DNA of 64,000 nucleotides, taken from the NCBI GenBank assembly GCA_964188305.1, contig OZ076890.1. One strand, 5' to 3'. Both the position numbers and the translations under genes were made by a program. This document shows positions 24,512 through 38,399 of the stretch, one piece after another. The notes below the pieces were generated by a model, which searched no databases, was not told the origin of the DNA, and saw only the letters and a list, made by a program, of their open reading frames with translations. This DNA is from Podarcis bocagei (Eukaryota). Positions within the stretch are counted from its first letter, which is position 1; every line of letters begins with the position of its first letter.

Positions 24512-24552
<41 letters not shown>
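24512..24552. repeat. (TA)n microsatellite, right flank of the PLE-like element
   Basis: Pure TA run. Confidence 0.95.
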
Positions 24553-24555
<3 letters not shown>

Positions 24556-24884
24556 TAAAAGGAATATAACAGTATAAATTCAACAAGAGGGCTGAATTCC
24601 ACAAAACAAAACACGCTGAACTGTCAAAGATCAGGGTGAACCACAGCATCATGTTATAAAATAAAAGTAGATACTACAAACCTGAAGCACCTCTGATGAT
24701 ATTATGACCAATTCCGCTTTTCTAAGACACTTCTTCGCATAGTCTGCCAGGATTAGCTACACTCTGAGTAGACCCATTGACTTCAGTGTGGTTAAGCCTA
24801 TTGATTTTAGTGGATCTTGGCTACCACCCTATGTATGCTTGCATAGAAACCAATTTAGCATTGTAAAGAGACAATTCTTTACAA

Positions 24885-25023
24885 ATAGAATCATAGAAGT
24901 ATAGAGTTGGAAGGGACCCTGAGGATCATCTAGTCTAGCCCCCGGCAATGCAGGGATATGCATCTGCCCCATACAGGGATCAAACTGCAACCTCGTCGTT
25001 ATCAGCACCACACTCTAACCAAT
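24885..25023 (-). mobile_element. tRNA-Ile-headed SINE with the same CR1-like tail
   Basis: Minus strand TTGGTTAGAGTGTGGTGCTGATAACGACGAGGTTGCAGTTTGATCCCTGTATGGGGC resembles tRNA-Ile; tail CCCTTCCAACTCTATACTTCTATGATTCTAT. Confidence 0.75.
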
Positions 25024-26504
25024 GGGGGCACAATCCGTCCTTGCTACCAAAAGAATAGGAAGGGAATTGTCCATTGAAGTGATAGGGAAACTGGTTTTCT
25101 TTCAAAGGTGGGGGAAGTAAAGTGCAAAAGGTGGGAGGTGGGGAGAATTAGACTCAGATAATGTGTGAAAAATTATAGATAAAATCAAGGTATTGCACTA
25201 TTGGCTGTAAAGGTGTGTTGGTTATCCCTAATTTCCAATTTGAGCAGAGAATACTGTATGGTATGCACTCAAAATCGCCCTTGTATATACCATAAGCAGC
25301 TGATATACTTGCACTTTCATCTAAATGTTTCCAACTCAAAGGTTACTGTCCAAAGCTGGGTAACAGCAAATATTACATAATGCTTTAGGACAGGAAATGA
25401 AGAGTGTGTTTCATTAATGTTGAGGGAGAGAATAAAGTAGGAGTTTCTGGAGGAAATAACTTGGATTATGTGTTCATGTTGTACATTCTGGCTTGACTTT
25501 AACTGTTACATGTGTATGTATGTGTAAAAAAAATACCCCTGCAATTTTTCATAAAGTGCTTTGAGTTCTAGTCATGGGCTTGGGGTGGGGAGAAGAAGGC
25601 TATGAAAATTTTTTTTGAAATAAAATGTCCAGTTTATTCTTCACTATCCCCTTTTCCTCACGTATATTTGACAAATGCTTGCTCGTTTGTTGTATTTTCA
25701 TCTTTAAATTGAATGTGGGAATATGGCCTCTTTCCATTTTAAAAGCATACTTAAAACATACCAGACTCAAGGATTGGGTTTTTACTGTGACCTAGTAAAA
25801 GGCGACCATATTCTGTCTCCTTGGCTTAAATGTTCTGATTACAGTCTGTGCCATTTTCAGAATGTCACCCTTAGGAAGCAATTGCAAGCTTTGGACATTT
25901 CAAGCTTTGGGGGCTGGGTGAAAGTTCTAATCCGCCTGTTTATAAACTTGAAGATTCAACCAAGTGCCCTAATCCAAGAAAGGACCATATGGCTTCTTTG
26001 TGCCTGTCCCTAGATGTATAAAGAACCAAGCATGTGAACAGGTGCTGTGCATGAAGTTGATCTCCCTGATCCAGTGGCTGCTGCTGCTGCACCCAAAGAG
26101 CTTTGACCAAACAGCATTTATTCCTACCAGTTTTTAGAGATGCTGAATTCATTCCTGCCTGCTCCTTACTCCCCATGAATAGCTGGCTACTATTTTTTTT
26201 AAAGAGGACTTAACATGTACAGCGCCAGCTTCTACTGAATGTGCATTTCGTTTGGGACCAAGATGTTCAAAGTGTCATTTTTGCAGCATATGTGTCAAAA
26301 CTTGCTTCACAGTACGTGACAACAAACTATTTTGTTCATGAATGTTTTAAAGCGGGCATGTCCAAAGTCGCTTTCGGGGGCCTAATCCGGCCTGCCAGCC
26401 GGTTTAATCCAACCCCTGTAGCAATTTATTTCCTGGGGTAAAATCCTAAAAAAGCTTAACAACTTCAATCCTAAAAAAGGTGAACAACTTTGGCCGGCCC
26501 TTTT

Positions 26505-26640
26505 GCTGTATTTTAATATTTTGTTGGAAGCCGCCCAGAGTGGTGGGGGAAACTGAGCCAGATGAGCGGGGTATAAATAATAAGTTGTTGTTGTTGTTGT
26601 TGAGCGGGGTATAAATAATAAGTTGTTGTTGTTGTTGTTA
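26505..26640 (+). mobile_element. L2-type LINE 3' tail with a 38-bp tandem duplication, adjacent to a hAT-like fragment (~26352-26500)
   Basis: GGAAGCCGCCCAGAGTGG...GCGGGGTATAAATAA plus (GTT)n; 26563-26600 is repeated at 26601-26638. Confidence 0.7.
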
Positions 26641-28629
26641 TATTGCTCCCTTGAGCCCAATAGATTTGGTAGGCAAGAGTGGAGGAGTTCTCCCTTCAAC
26701 CCACGATGTGGATCATCAACTTATCCTGAGCAGATATCCCTGCATAGTTACCTGCCTCATCTGCCTTGGAGCCTGATTCTCAGATTACCCCTTCTTTATT
26801 CCTGTAGGGCATTTTCTGACACCGAGTATGTAGTGGTTGAGTCTCAGGGTCCATGGTAGCCACTTATCTATTTCTGTGTATCACTTGGTACAACACTTCT
26901 TTGAGATCCAAGTTTAAAAACAATTACTCCCTCAGTACTCATTTTAGGGAGAAGAACTTTACCATAACCTTTCTGAACCTCCCCAACATACTAGTTGATG
27001 TGATGTAGTGGTTATGAGACTCAGGTTCAAATTGCCACTTGACCATGGAGCTCACTGGCTGACCTGCCTCATATGGCTGCTGGAAGGATAACATGGGAAG
27101 GTTTAAGGGAACCATGCAGGCTGTCCTTGGAAGTGGTCAATCATGCTATACATCACTTGTAGTCTATAGTGCCCTGCACCACATTTTTTTTCTCCCCTTA
27201 CTCACTTTTTTGTTTCAAAGTAGATATTTCATAGGTTATTTTGGAGGAACTGAGTTTTTTTAAATGCTATATTTATCTTTCAAATACTGCTGAAATTAAC
27301 ACACATTTATATGGTGAAAGTACTCGACTCTGCTAGGTGCTGTGTAATTTAGGTATTTTTATGGAGATGCATTCTTTGACTTTTAGTGAGTGCTGAGGGA
27401 CATGTTAACACTTCACCTGCTTTTTGACCATCGCAAAATTAACTGCCACATATGTGGCTTTATGCTATCCCCTACTATAATAAAATGGAGCTGGAATCTT
27501 AAATGCTAGTATCTATTCTACTTTCTGTTTCCTGTTTTTTGGGAGTGAAGCTGAAGAAAATGTGTTTCCCGATTCTGCTGGCTTGGTTTGAACATGGACC
27601 TATGAAGCTGTTCCAATACTGAGCTAAACCAAGACGCTCTGCTGCAAGGATTGGGGACCTGTAGCCTTCCACATGTTACTGCACCACAAATCCCATAATT
27701 TCTTACCATTAGCCAAGCTGTCTGGGGCTGATGGGAGTTGGACTCTATCAACACATGGAAGGCCATAGGTTCCTCATCCCCGGTCTTGGTGACTGGGAGT
27801 GGCTCTCCAGGGTATCTGACAGAGCTCTTTCTGCTACCCGTGTCCTTTAAAAAACATAATAATTCAGAAACTGAACTAAGGCGCATCTGCACACAATCCA
27901 TGTGCCCTGTCACTGGGCCATGGTCCCTCCCTGAGCAGTGATTTTGGTAGATAAAATTCATTTCTTGTTGTAGAAAGAGACCGTTAGTAAGAAGGAGCTG
28001 GGAAAACAGTGGGATCTTACAAATATGCTCTTCTATAAGAGGAGAGGGAATGATTTAGATGCTGACTCTTGCTAAACAATTCCTGTCTCCTTAGTAACTA
28101 ATCATAGTTTTTTGAAATTTGTTGTACTTGTAAATATTATGGCAGGATAGAATACCACAGAATCAGAGAAACAAGAGCTAAAGCCTGATTAGGTCATTGC
28201 GACCCTTGCGTGCCAACACAGAGCTGCTCCCTCCTGACTGTTGAGCCTGGTTTGTTTTGTCTACTCAATGCTTTCAAATAATTTGGGCCTGAACTTTTGA
28301 TTTTTTTGTGCTTTAAAAAACACACAGATTAGCTTTAACAAAGCACGTATAGATCAGTTGATCGATCAGGAATTAAGGAGCATGATGCCTTTAAAGTATA
28401 TTCAAAAATCAGTCTTCTTTTTCTTGCTCAACCCTGATAAGGTGGAAGCACTGTTGGATAGATAGAATCCCTCTCTTCAGACCAGGTAACTATCTGATTT
28501 GGGTGGGCTTTGGATCCCTCTGAGAGACCAGGATCTCAGCTTGTGCGTACTCCTTAATTCAGCCTTTTCACTTGAGGTGACTTCTGTAATGTGGAGTGTT
28601 TTTCTTTAACCAGCATAGGCTGTCATGTC

Positions 28630-29245
28630 TTCTGAGATAGTCTGGCACCAGTTACCCATGCTTGGGTAACATCCCTTTCAGACTACTGTAACGTGTTGTG
28701 ACATGCAGTGCATGAGGCTTACCTTGAAGCTGGTTTGGAAGCTGCAATTAGTTCAAAATAATCAGGCAAGACTTTAACTTGGGTGACTCATTGGGAACAT
28801 ATTTCAGCACATTTGAGAGTTCTACATTGGTTAAGGCCACCTTTCCCCATATCAGTTTGTCCAAATGATCTTCCATTGAGATTTTTCTCACAGTGCTACT
28901 AACCACCTGAGATCAAGCTGGTGTCAATAAAGGAGCCTTTTCATCTGTGGTGCCCCGGTTGTGGAACACTCTCCTCGAGGAAGTGTCTCTGGCGCCCATT
29001 GTATTATCTTTTAGATAAGACATTTAGAAGAAAATTATCTCAGGCATGTTAGTGAGTTGTGCTTTTAAACTGTGGGAATGATGCTTTTCCATTCTGCTCT
29101 TTTATTTGGTTGTCTGTTCAACTGTCTATTAGTTTTAATTGTTCTGTTGTATACCTGCTTTCCCTCCCCCCCCCCAGATTTTAAATTGTATTATAAACCT
29201 CCCTGATATAAATATGTGTCAAGAGCAGTATAAAAATGCCTTAAT
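28630..29245 (+). mobile_element. Decayed L2 LINE 3' fragment
   Basis: Remnants GACTACTGTAAC, GGAAGCTGCAATTAGTTCAAAAT, CTACATTGGTT and GTTGTGGAACACTCTCC are typical of L2 ORF2 ends. Confidence 0.6.
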
Positions 29246-30637
29246 CCCCCCCCCCACACACACACTATGCAGACAGCAGCCTTGGCTGCATAAATCACTC
29301 AGGCTGCCACAGTTCTGAGAAGAATGATGCATGTATCTGCAAGCATGTTCATTGCATTCTTAGCTTACAAATTACATGTTTTAGGTGTAAAGTATTTTAA
29401 GCATACACTTTAAAATGTAAAGTGAGGCCATATGGGCAGTTTAACTTGCTGCTTGCAATTCCTTCACCCTGTTTGCTTCTTATCAAAGAGGCAGTTGGCC
29501 AATGCACATGGCTGTTAACTGAAGGGCTGGTGGTTTGAGCTCACCCATGTGTTAGGCAATGCCTTCCTCATACCTCCCCATAATTTTCATGTGGAGGGAT
29601 TATGACTCAGAGGTACAAATATGCTTTATGTACTGTGGGTCTCAGCCAGATCAAATCTGGCTGAGACCTTAGAACCCAATGTAGAAAATACTGGGCTAGA
29701 TGAAACTGAGACTGACTCCTTATGAGATGGAGGTGCTGTGGTTGGGCGATTCTTGTGTCCAGGAATTAGGTGGGCGACCTGGCAAAGTGGGGAGGAGCCA
29801 GGTGATACATTTTCAGTAGCATGCACCAGTGTCCTATAGTTTAACGTGGTGTGTGAACCAGACTTTTGTGAACTTATTTGCCTTTTTAACAGGCTTGAAA
29901 GCCACATGACTACTGAATTAATTGAATGGCAAGCTAGAAGTCATGAAATAAGCTTTCATATTTGTATTATTTCTTATTTTGTGGTTTAGGTATTCAAGGG
30001 TTCTGTAGTTTTAAGAAGGATAGAAGAGTTAAAGCAAGTTATCTGTGCAAACATAGACTTTGTAGAAAAAAGTTTAATTAGATTATAACAAGTAGTCAAA
30101 TAGAATATGTTGCCTTTTTATAACTAATTGAGGAACACTTTAAGTAGAAGCTTGTGCCAAACCTTCTGATGTCAAACTGAATTTGAGGATGCGTTAATTT
30201 TTGAATCTGATTAGCTCCAGAGAAAAATTGTTTTGACATGACAGGAACAATAGAATACATTTGAAGTGTGTGTGTGTATGTATACGCACACACAAACTTG
30301 TGCAAGGTGGGGAGGGAAATTTAGTTCTGCACAGTGTTTCTGCATTCTTCCCCATAGTGTTCTGTGGGTAGGGAAAGATACACAGTGTTTCAGTTAGGCA
30401 GAATTGCCATATGATCATATGTGCTAAGCTCTTGTTCCTTATGGTGTCAGAGACTCGTGGGGTTTGCTTGATGTGAATCATTTCTTTCCCTTAAAAAGGC
30501 ACTGAGAAATCTGTCGTTGCACATAGACCTTCTGCATGCAGTTGTTACATGCATGATAGTACTTCCAAGGAAATCTCTGCATGGGTATTTGATATCAGTT
30601 AATCAAAGATCTAATGCTGTGTCTTAAAAGTATAGTA

Positions 30638-30977
30638 AAAGGTAAAGGGACCCCTGACGATTAGGTCCAGTCGCGGGCGACTCTGGGGTTGCCCTCACTT
30701 TACTGGCCGAGGGAGCCGGCGTACACCTTCTGGGTCATGTGGTCAGCATGACTAAGCCGCTTCTGGCCAACCAGAGCAGTGCATGGAAACGCCGTTTACC
30801 TTCCCGCTGGAGCGGTACCTATTAATCTAAATCCACTTCGTGCTTTCGAACTGCTAGGTTGGCAGGAGCAGGGACCAAGCAACGGGACCTCACCCTGTTG
30901 CGGGGATTCGAACCGCCGACCTTCCGATCGGCCAGCCCTAGGCTCTGTGGTTTAACCCACAGCGCCACCCGCGTCCC
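30638..30977 (-). mobile_element. Sauria SINE, full length
   Basis: Highly similar to 22442-22785; degenerate 13-bp TSD TAAAAGTATAGTA/TAAAACTATGGTA. Confidence 0.9.
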
Positions 30978-33471
30978 TAAAACTATGGTAGCTTGGGTTA
31001 AATGGAGATTGGTGGGTGCAGAACTAAGTGAAAGGTATGAGCTCAATTGCTCAACATAGAATGGGAAGGAAGAAACGAGTGGGACATCTGCATTATGCAC
31101 CAGGCTAGCAGATGCGTAGATGTACTCAGTATTTGTTCTGGGGTGTGTGCACTAGAAATTACAGGATGCAGTTATAATAACCAAGAAAAATTGAATTGTT
31201 TAGCCTCCAAAAACCAGGCCAATTAATCATATTTTTTTTCAAAAAAAGATCAAATCTTTATAACTTGCATCTTTTACCTGTTGTCTTATTTGTGGAAGTG
31301 AAAGAGCTCAATAACAAATGGAGACCATCAATTACAGCATAGAAAAACCCAAGAACAAAAGAACCAGCTGAACAAAGAGATTAAGTGAGCTGCAGCAGAA
31401 AACTTGTCCTAAGCAATTTGTTAAAAGAGCATAACAAGTTGGAAACCAAATCTAATATGGAATCTATCTTTTTTATTTTCATATTATTATTCTTGCAAGA
31501 ACTCTGGATTTCTGTTCCTGCCAGCCACCAAAAATCTTATTTAGTCACATCTCACTTCTGATTTCTGAGATTTCAGTTGACATTTCCAGTAAGACTTTAG
31601 ATATACGGTATCTTTGTGAACCTGTTGGCTACACACTTGGTTTAAGAATAAAATGAAAGCTGAGATTGTCAGGAATCTGAGTTCTGCAATCAATACCAAA
31701 TTCTGTATTTCTGTATCCTGTTCCATCGCAGTCTACACAATATTGCACTGTAGTAATATAGTTTATGGATGCAACAATCATATTTCTGTACTATTCAGTA
31801 CTATGGACCTAGTATTTTTTCTAATGATAATTAGGATTTTATTACAATCTAATTCTTTACTAAGACAATTACTATTTTTAATATGTCTCCTTCAGAGTTG
31901 TCTCCCAAAACAACTCTTAACTTGTGGTCTAGTCTTACAAGAAGTGCCCTCTATCACATCCAGGGCAAATTCTATTTACCCTCTTTCCAAATACAAATCT
32001 CTGACTAGCCAAACAGTTATATCAGTACCCTAGGGGTACTGAGCAAGTTTATTTCTGTTAAGGAATTTGTGCTGAACCGACACAGTGGTTAATATATCCC
32101 ACATGCACTATTCTGGAAAGCAGATTTCTAAGGAAATAACTCCGCTTAAAGAAATGTTGACCTATCTGTTTGATAGATTGATGACACAGGTATTTGTCTT
32201 GGTCGTGTGGCTCAGTTCTCTATTCTGGAAAAGTACTTTGTTAATATCTTGGGGACATGATCCAGCCAACGATAAGCACTCTGAAGCCTCATTAATTTCT
32301 ATGGGAGGGATTTGTGAAAAAAACTGTCCCAATGACATTAACTTTGGGCTCTTAACTGAATCTTGACTTGGTTTCCTAGGTCAGGGGCAGATGTAACAAA
32401 GGGGTCACTTAACTACATTTAAGGGATCCTGAACTGGATATGGCCTCGTGCTCTCCCTCCCCTCACACCACTGGAGTGCATCCCCCTGTAGGGATGGCTT
32501 ACCAATAGGCACAGAGGTGTGTTACCGAATGTGCAGTCTCATTAAAGAGCAGGTGGGGAACATTTGAGAGCCACATTCCCTTTTAGGCAACCTCTTAAGG
32601 GCCACATACCGAGGGTCAATAGGGCCAGAGGCAAACATGAGTACAGCAATAGATGTACATTTTGCCTTTTGTACAATGGGGTAGTTTCCATGCACTCACC
32701 CATTCCTAGCCTGTGTCCAGACAAGCAAGAGGCATCTTCAGAGCTCAGAGACACATTCCAGCTACTCAAAAACACCCAGGGGTACAAGGCAGGGCCAGAG
32801 CATAGTCTGGGGGGAGTTTCAAGAGGTAGATAATGTAGTCTAGGGGCCTGCATTCAACCCTGGGCCCGAGGTTTCCCACACCTCCATTAAAGGATGGCAC
32901 ATGTTCACGTATTATTACTTGATAGCACCATGGAACTTTATTTGGATTTTTCGTCCTTGGGCACCAAAATGTTTTGAGGTGCCTCTCAGCCTCTTCTCCT
33001 GTTCCTCATCCCTCACCCTCCCTTTAACACTCTTGAGAGGGAGCACACATGCACATTAGAATTAGAGAGGTGAGGGGAACGGATCTTCAGAGCTCAATGT
33101 AAGAGCTCCTCAGCTTTATTAAACACACTGGCCCTTGCCAGAGGATTTCACACGCTTAATTGAAAACTTGTAGCCCTGAATGATGAGGCATGCAGGCCTA
33201 TAAACAGAAACAAAGATTCTTGCCTCACAGCCGTATTCAAATGAAGGGATAAAGGAGAGGCCTCTCACATCAAAGCAGACCCAAGCCTTCCCAAAATGGC
33301 GCCCGGAACACAAAATACTTCAATGGGAGCTCAAATGGATGATATCCCTCTCCCAGGTGGTGAGGTAGCTCAACAACTTTAACCTTTCAAATACAAACTT
33401 ATGGTGGGATAGGATGAATTTCTGGATAGAAAGATAGTGGTCCTGGGCTCATGCATTGAAGGTACAGGTTA

Positions 33472-33523
33472 AGTGGTAATGAAGCATTTGAGCTCACAGT
33501 GGTAATGAAGCATTTGAGCTCAC
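33472..33523. repeat. Perfect 26-bp tandem duplication
   Basis: AGTGGTAATGAAGCATTTGAGCTCAC x2. Confidence 0.95.
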
Positions 33524-34459
33524 AATTTCAAGCAAGGAGACTGTTTAAAACTGAGGAGATGAGAGGGTCAAATAAAATGGAAATAAATACAGCAAGTGGT
33601 TCTCGTGCCTTGGTAAAATGCTAACCGGTTAAGAATTTTCACTTGATACTCTGTGTGTAGTGTTGATGATGTTGTTTCTGCCATTCTACACATACCACAG
33701 GCTGTCAACTGAGTTCAAGGTAAGGTAATACAGGAAAGCATTCTTTGACAAGGGAGGTCAAGATATGTGGTGGTAAGCTTTAAGCAACTGCACCAACAGA
33801 AAACTGCTAAGGATCTGGAAAGCACCTGGTTCCCAGTGACTATGGCTGGAGGCTTCTTACACGAACAGCTTTGCCACTTACTACCAGTATGACATCATGT
33901 CACTTGCTGAGTCATTCCTATGATTTTTCTTACACCCGCAAAATCTCTCAGGCACAGTAATAAATGTAAATGCATTACATCATATAGGGGGGAGAGTGAA
34001 GCCTTATTAACTCAAACTACCCTGAGGGCAGGATACTATTGTTAGTTAACAGTGGAACACCTTCGCAGATTTCGCATTGCAGGTTATAAAATATATTAAC
34101 ATAGTAGTCTGAAAAGTTAAAACTATTTGACTTCAAACAGAATTCTTCAGGAAAAAAAGGTGTATGATAAGCAGATAATGACTTCATTAATAGGTCTCTT
34201 TTTAACTATTTATTTCTGCCAATGAGGTTTGTGTGAGAGAGGGAAATAATATTTAAAATTTTATAACCACCTTTCTGAACCATGCCGTTGAAATTTCACA
34301 CAAAGTATGTAACCGTTGCTGCTAATGAATACAAAGAAGGCAGAGCAATTTCCTTGCAGCCTGTGGTTACATTTACTGGCGAACGATTCACTTAAAAACT
34401 ACTTGAAATAAATTCAATCATGGAATATAAAACTACTCTTACAAAGCTACTTTTAATAG

Positions 34460-34543
34460 TGCAATCCTATACATGTTTATTCAGAAGTAAGTCCCCTTGA
34501 ATACACTGAGACTTACCTTCCGGTAAGTGTATATAGAATTGCA
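34460..34543. repeat. ~85-bp palindromic MITE-like repeat (TGCAATCCTAT...ATAG(G/A)ATTGCA family)
   Basis: Imperfect hairpin; similar copies at ~11110-11265, 22100-22200, 37178-37265 and 56849-56933. Confidence 0.6.
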
Positions 34544-36650
34544 ATGTAAGTGTTTTGCAGTATACTTATAGGAATATTTACTTTAGAGTAAGTCCCAGTC
34601 TGTTCAGGTTACAGTGCAGTCTGGAGAGTTTATCATTTGTTCATTAGTACTGTATGTGGCAAGTCATTGCTAGCCTGGAGATGATAGGTTAGATTGCATC
34701 AGGACTGATGTAGCGCTTTCAGTAGACTGGAAGGGAGAAGGTGTAGGCAGCTCTGACTCCCTATATTATAACTTTGTAAAAACAGTTGCCAACTTTCCAA
34801 CAAGTCTTCTGTGTCCCATACATTTACCCTTTAACAGCAGTTTGATCTGCAGACATTACCAGGCAATCGTGTTCCTTGCCAGGTCTTGAAAATATTTGCT
34901 TGTCTGCTGTTAAATGCACCAGCACATGGGTCGTCCCCCGCCCCCCGATCAGCTGGCAACCCTAGTTATAAATAGGGTGAATGCATTGTTTGCCATGTGG
35001 TCTTTCTAAAGTCACAGTTTACAAAGGAACACTCTTTCCTGCATGCCATATTGAAATTAATCAGGTTTATATGTTGGGAGCACATTGCAGATCATAATAT
35101 TTAAGTATTCAGATACAATTCACGCCCATTTCAGTTAAAATTTGTTGCCTTTAACTTTATGAGACTTAAATGAGATGTGACTGACTAGTTGTCCAACTGA
35201 TCTCAATTAACTTTAAGTGCTCTTATTCTGGATTGGGACTTCTAATTATATTGCACTTACTTCAACTTTTCAACCAAATCATTGTTTTTCAGGGATTACC
35301 TGATGAAATCCTCCATAGGGATTATTTCTGAAACACGATTGAAACCAAGCTGACAATGATTGCAATCCAGTAGGTTCCTTTAGTTGTGCTGGGACATTGC
35401 ACATATGTAGTGGGGCTTTTGCAAGTAGTCTAGCATGTGTATCTCAAAGGTTATATGCAGTGCAATTTGGAAAACCTGTTGTGGGCTGTTCAAGATAGAT
35501 ATATCTGGAAAATGCCACAATATGTCTCCCAAACTGTATGGGACTATAGGAACTTCTCCTGAAGCTATTAGTGATATATTAGCCCTAGGAAAACTTCTTA
35601 AGGTCTAGTGAGCAAAGTTACGTCTCTTTCACTAGCAGATCATCGTTTGAGGTCCCAAGCCCCTGACACTGAAAGGCAACTATTTTTAACTCCTGAGTAT
35701 TACTTAAGTCTTGGTATACTTGTGGTGTTCAGCTCATGACTTTGGAACTCTTAGGCCTGCCAGCCCTGTGACCTCAGTCATACCATTGCCTGTAAATAAT
35801 CTTGTATGTTAATTTTCATTCTGAATGATGCTCTATGTATGGTCTTTCACCACTGCTTGTGTGTTTATGTGGGAAGTGCCTTTCATGTTTTCTGAGGCTG
35901 TCTGTTTGGAAAAATTGTACAGCCTCATTTGATCCTGAATGAACAAGTGCTCTATGAAAGGATGGGTAACTGGACATGGGACTGTAGTAAAGGGTTTTTA
36001 AAGAAAATAATTTTGAATCATCAGTGCTGATGGTGGGATTAAGAGACTTGCAGAAGAATCTTCCGTCTAGAAACTGGATGGGTTTATTTAAGGTGGCTTA
36101 AAAAACCCCACACACAACACTTACAGTTTACCACTGCAGTTCATTTCTGACGTTATATTTTCTGGATTATGAGTCATGGATGTCATTATAGTTAAACATC
36201 CATGTGCAGAATGAATGCACTTCAGAGGGACAGAAGTTAAAGAAAAACAGAAGTGTGAATAACTGCTAATGGCATGCTTCATGGCTCCATTCAGTCTGCC
36301 ATTTCATTTCATCATACATAAGGGGGATAGTTGAGAGATACCTTTCTTGACATTTAAATGGCAACACATGTTTGCAATGGTGAATGGAAACTATAGTTGA
36401 AAAAAGACGGGCATATGGCATTGAGAAGGCAAGGAGAAATTTGTTGCCCTAATATGCACCATGTAATTGGTACACTTAACTTGCTGAAGTGGCTGTTTTA
36501 TTTTATTTTTTAAAAAAACTGTTCTCCATTTGTGTAAGTTTTCCCAGTCCGTATGTGTTTAGTGCCTTCAGGACTTTTGTGCACAGAAATCAGGCTAGCC
36601 TCATGTTGTTCCAAGGGGAAGTTGACAGACAGGAGTGTGTAATAGGAGCA

Positions 36651-36794
36651 NNNNNNNNNNNNNNNNNNNNNNNNNNNNNNNNNNNNNNNNNNNNNNNNNN
36701 NNNNNNNNNNNNNNNNNNNNNNNNNNNNNNNNNNNNNNNNNNNNNNNNNNNNNNNNNNNNNNNNNNNNNNNNNNNNNNNNNNNNNNNNNNNNNN
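36651..36794. other. Assembly gap (144 N)
   Basis: Run of N. Confidence 1.
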
Positions 36795-36980
36795 CATATC
36801 CCGCCTTTCACTCCCTTTAAGGAGTCTCAAAGCGGCTAACATTCTCCTTTCCCTTCCTCCCCCACAACAAACTCTGTGAGGTGAGTGGGGCTGAGAGACT
36901 TCAGAGAAGTGTGACTGGCCCAAGGTCACCCAGCAGCTGCATGTGGAGGAGCGGAGATACGAACCCACTACACCACACTG
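36795..36980 (-). mobile_element. MIR-like/L2-tailed SINE abutting the assembly gap
   Basis: CORE-like GTGACTGGCCCAAGGTCACCCAG and CTGTGAGGTGAGTGGGGCTGAGAG; its simple-repeat tail probably lies in the gap. Confidence 0.65.
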
Positions 36981-38399
36981 GATTGGTGTGGTGAGCTTTA
37001 ACATTTGTTAAATTAGAATTTCAGAAACAGAAAAATAAGATAACATAGGAACATCAGAGATGCATTAAATACACAAACATGTTGTTGCGTTTTACAGTCA
37101 CAGGTATATTAATGTTCAGTGCCCTTGGATATGTTATGATACTATTAATTATGTCTCCCACGCCCAGTTGAGTTTACAGTGCAGTCCTACCACCCTTGAC
37201 TTAGAAGTCATATCCATTCAACTCACGAAGACTTCCTTCAAGCAAACATCAATAGAATTATGTTGTATATGATTTGATACCTGAAAAGTCATCTTACCCC
37301 TTATGTACCTTATGATCACTGTGCTCCGCAAATGAGGGCCTCTTGTAGATAATACCTTTTCAGGACGTCTGTTCTGCCCAGTATAAGAATTGGGTCTTTT
37401 TTTGCTTACTATTTCTTAGAAGTCCTGTACCTCTAACCAGTGTTTGTAACTTTTTGCAAAACTGTTTCATATACTTTGCTAAAACTTCTCTAACTCTGTA
37501 GGTGGTCATTATGTTTTGTTTCTTTTAACTTTGTAGATGGGCAATACTGTTACTTAAGTATACGTAAATAGGACTTGCTGCTAGCCTTCTTTTCCACAGC
37601 AGTAGCATCCCTGTGCTCAGATAAGATAACAACCCCCTCTCAATTTCCTGTGAGAGAAGTCTTAAAACTTTTTTGTAGACTGTGGCTGTTGCTGAATGCA
37701 AGCACCCTGCCTTTTACTTTAAGGTTCTTTCCTAGGAAGCTCACCCCAAAATGTTTAAACACCTGGCTGATTGCTGTATTAATGATTAATTATCACAATC
37801 CATCACTTATATGAAGCAGTGGGGGGGGGGAGTGTAAAAAGGTAGGATATGCACACAGTTGGCAAAGTTCTAGCAACACCTCTGACATCTCATCTGTTTT
37901 GAGGTTAAGGTTGGATTCCAGGAGGGATAAGTCATGGCCACACTTATCAAAGACTTTGGATTCTGGGTTTTAGGTGCTGCCAATTTTTCCCCAGACAGGA
38001 CTGAAAGGTGTCTTACTTGCCTACTGTCTAAGAGATTTTGAAATAGGCTTTCTGAAATTGCAAAGGATGGTGTGTTTGAATCATCTGTGGAAATCTAATA
38101 ATTGTTTATTGATGTTTTTATCAGTGTGGGGGTGGGGGAAAAATAATGCCTGTTATTTGCTACTGTTTTTAGATTATTTTCCCCTGTGTTCAGTGGTTTG
38201 AAAACTATTGCTCAAAGAGAGGATATGGTTATCTGTTGAATGTGCACTGCTGATTTCAGGCTCTACACAGGTACAATGATAACAGTTTAAAGGGGGTTAC
38301 ATGCAGATTCCTTATAGGGCTTTGAACACAGGACAGGAGGAGGCTGGATTTCGCTTATGGGGATAGTACATGGCTAATTCACTGGGCTTGAATGCAACA

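Noticed and set aside
36489-37004. ORFs spanning 36.5-37.0 kb
   Set aside because: Artefacts of translating through the N gap and a SINE.
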